NCBI GenBank assembly: GCA_043228905.1
Contig: JBHGNT010000017.1
Coordinates: 11,656,001-11,720,000, forward strand
Source of the DNA: Azolla caroliniana
Taxonomy: Eukaryota; Plantae; Polypodiophyta
Direction of reading: 5' to 3'
Length of the DNA stretch: 64,000 bases
A program made the translations under genes and the position numbers. Positions within the stretch are counted from its first letter, which is position 1, and each line of letters begins with the position of its first letter. Below the pieces are notes generated by a model that saw only the letters and a list, made by a program, of their open reading frames with translations, had not been told where the DNA came from and ran no database searches. Positions 61,687 through 64,000 of this stretch are shown here, piece by piece.

Positions 61687-64000
61687 TGTTATTGCTAGGG
61701 CCGGACAACAGCCTAACACAGGGTGTCCACTTAAGACACTTCACCAAAGGGTGGTATGGCAGAATGATTTACAGCACAACGCTTAATTAGACCTTAATTG
61801 GTTACTTAGTAATCCGTAATTAACACGCCTAAGATATAACAATGAATACAGAACAGTAATTAACACTGGAAGATTAAGACAATAAGCTTTATTAATTATC
61901 CGCTCCTGATTACATTGTAACCGGGCCTTTATATAGGTCTTCGGTGCGAAATACAAAACGGTGCCAACCGGCACCTTTACGGGATCATTTCGGATCCGGA
62001 TCGGCATACCGATTCCGGTCCGTCCGTCCACATCTTCTTATATATTAATATATATATTAAGACTACTAATTACAACGGTTCCCGAATAACTATTCCTTTC
62101 ACACTCTGGTTTGGACCTCCTTAAGCCTTCTTGCCGGCCGGTAACACATGGCACGCCCGTGGGACAGTACCTTGTACGTCGAACCCATTATCCGGCCCTT
62201 TTACGCTTCGTCCAAAATGTCCAGAATGTTTTGCTCCAAAATTTCCAATGGCTCGTCGGGAATCTGTTGTTGCTGTTGTGGCTGCTGCTCTGTTTGTGGC
62301 TGTGGCTCCGTTTGTCGCTCTGGCACCGGCGTTTCCTTCGTTGGTTCCTCCGTCGGAGTTGTCTGTGGCTGACTGACCCCGGCCTGGTCCCCCTCCGGTC
62401 CTTGCACCGGCGACGGTTCCTCATCACTAAGGTTGACCGTTGCCGCCTTTCGCGCTTTTTCTTCCTGGAGCCGGGATACTCATAACTTTCGAATTGGATT
62501 TGAGCCTCCAGCCGATCGTCGTCCAGTTGATCTATGAGCTGTCGGACCTGCACCAATTGTTCTTCCGCCAGCACATCCCTTATGGCGGTGAAGTCCTCCG
62601 AGGTCAGCGTATAACAGTTGTCACCCTCCTTTCGCCTGTTTTCCACGTCCCCCCTAAGCAATTGGAGTTTCGCCGTATTCTGCGCCCATTTCGCCCACCA
62701 ACGCACCGAGCTATCGTCAATCAAGCTTTTGGTCTTAGTGAGCCATGACCGAAGGATGCACTGGATCCGTTCGGCTCCCATCTGTGATTTATTTTCTGTG
62801 GCTTGTCGCTCTTCCTTCAATTGCTTGATGATCCGAACCGTGTCCGCCTCTTGCTTCCTATAATGTGACAATTAATTTTGATAGGTTGTTTGCAACCTCT
62901 GTAATACCATTATCGCTCTTTCCTTGTCTTCATGGTTCTATTTGTGGAGCTCCATCCGGTCATTCGCCGCTTCCTCCAATAGCCTAGAACTTTCCGCTTG
63001 TTCTTCGGCGAGTGCCGTTGTGGCCCTATCAACTTCTTGCCGGAGCTGAGCCATCCGTTCCTGTTGTTGCTTATGCTCCGTCTCCAGCTGCTTGTTGTCC
63101 CGATGCAGATGATCAAAACCATCAGTCTTCTGCTTCAGCCTTTGGTTGATCTGCCAACGCGCGCGGTCCTCCCGGTCCTTCTGTTGCCGGAACTCTTCCT
63201 TCAGCCTCTCGATTTCCGTTTCCGCCATCCGTCGCAACTTGTCTTTTTCTTGCAGCAATTTCTCTTTTTCCTCCTTCAGCCAGTCGTAAGCATGATGTCC
63301 TTTACGCAGGTTTTCCTCTGCCCGGCGAAGGTTCTCAACAGTCTTTTTTAATTCTTCTTCGGCTGCCTTCTTTAAGTCGCGTTCGCGGCTCTGTAATGCT
63401 TCTTGTGCGGCGAGCTCATCTCGTAATTCTGCAAGCTCTTGGGCTTGTGCTGCATCTTTCTCCGGGACAGTTTGTGTCTCCGAGGTCTTATTCCTCTATA
63501 CATTAACCGGAGTCACCGGTGCTTGGATCTGCGTTGTGGTTAAGGCCATTTTGGCCATATCTCCTGTGATCCAATCCAAGTCTTGTTCGAGGCACCGGAT
63601 CCTTGACCGGGCCGTCTCCAGTTCATCGGTTGTGACGAGCAACCGTTCCGTTTGCGCTCTTTCCTCCGCCTCTATGCATCCGACTACTTCGGCAATTTGG
63701 TCTCCTATCCACTGGAGCCATTGGCTGCCGGTGCACTGTTGTTGCGCTTGCACGGAGAGTTGGCTGATGGGTTCACTCGCCGGTGGCTGGTCCCGCCTTA
63801 CTGCGTCGAGCTGCGCTTCTGGTTCTGCCAGCTGACCAGTTTGCCGTTCCGGCTCTGAGTGTGTTTTGGCTAGTCTCTCCTTGTTTGCTTGTTCTTGGCC
63901 GGCTGGGAAGGTTGGCCTTTGTATATTTGGCTCTTGAGTTACGGGGCTTGCCTGTGTTGCCTGTTGTGCAGGGACTTCTGTGACCGGTTCCCTCCGAACC
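61687..64000 (-). mobile_element. Gypsy family A copy A3, 3' end (LTR 61687-62146 and extra ORF), inserted antiparallel into A2. Runs off window
   Basis: LTR homologous to 27333-27765 and to the reverse complement of 47851-48292. Coiled-coil ORF pieces 62188-63753 match 28200-29500. Confidence 0.93.

Overview
Plant nuclear DNA, probably a non-seed plant such as a fern (inferred from the retroelement lineages). About 90% of the window is nested retrotransposons around one intact host gene, a 4-exon STP-family (MFS) sugar transporter at 40712-42773 (+). Elements resolved: four pieces of one Athila-like Ty3/gypsy family (family A), a tRNA-Trp-primed gypsy with fungal/charophyte-like pol (C), five Ty1/copia elements (B, D, E, G, and a young intact H), an internally deleted chromovirus (F), and a two-ORF LINE split by two copia insertions. 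The most unusual signal is in family A: the 3' LTR has no polypurine tract and is preceded by a conserved tRNA-Arg 3'-end mimic (an antisense primer-binding site), suggesting tRNA priming of both DNA strands. Other notable points: a remodelled substrate pocket in the STP, a candidate -1 frameshift in C, and tRNA-like/RY/TATA modules in two unrelated elements. All coordinates were read by eye. tRNA, lineage and STP10 comparisons are from memory, not database searches.
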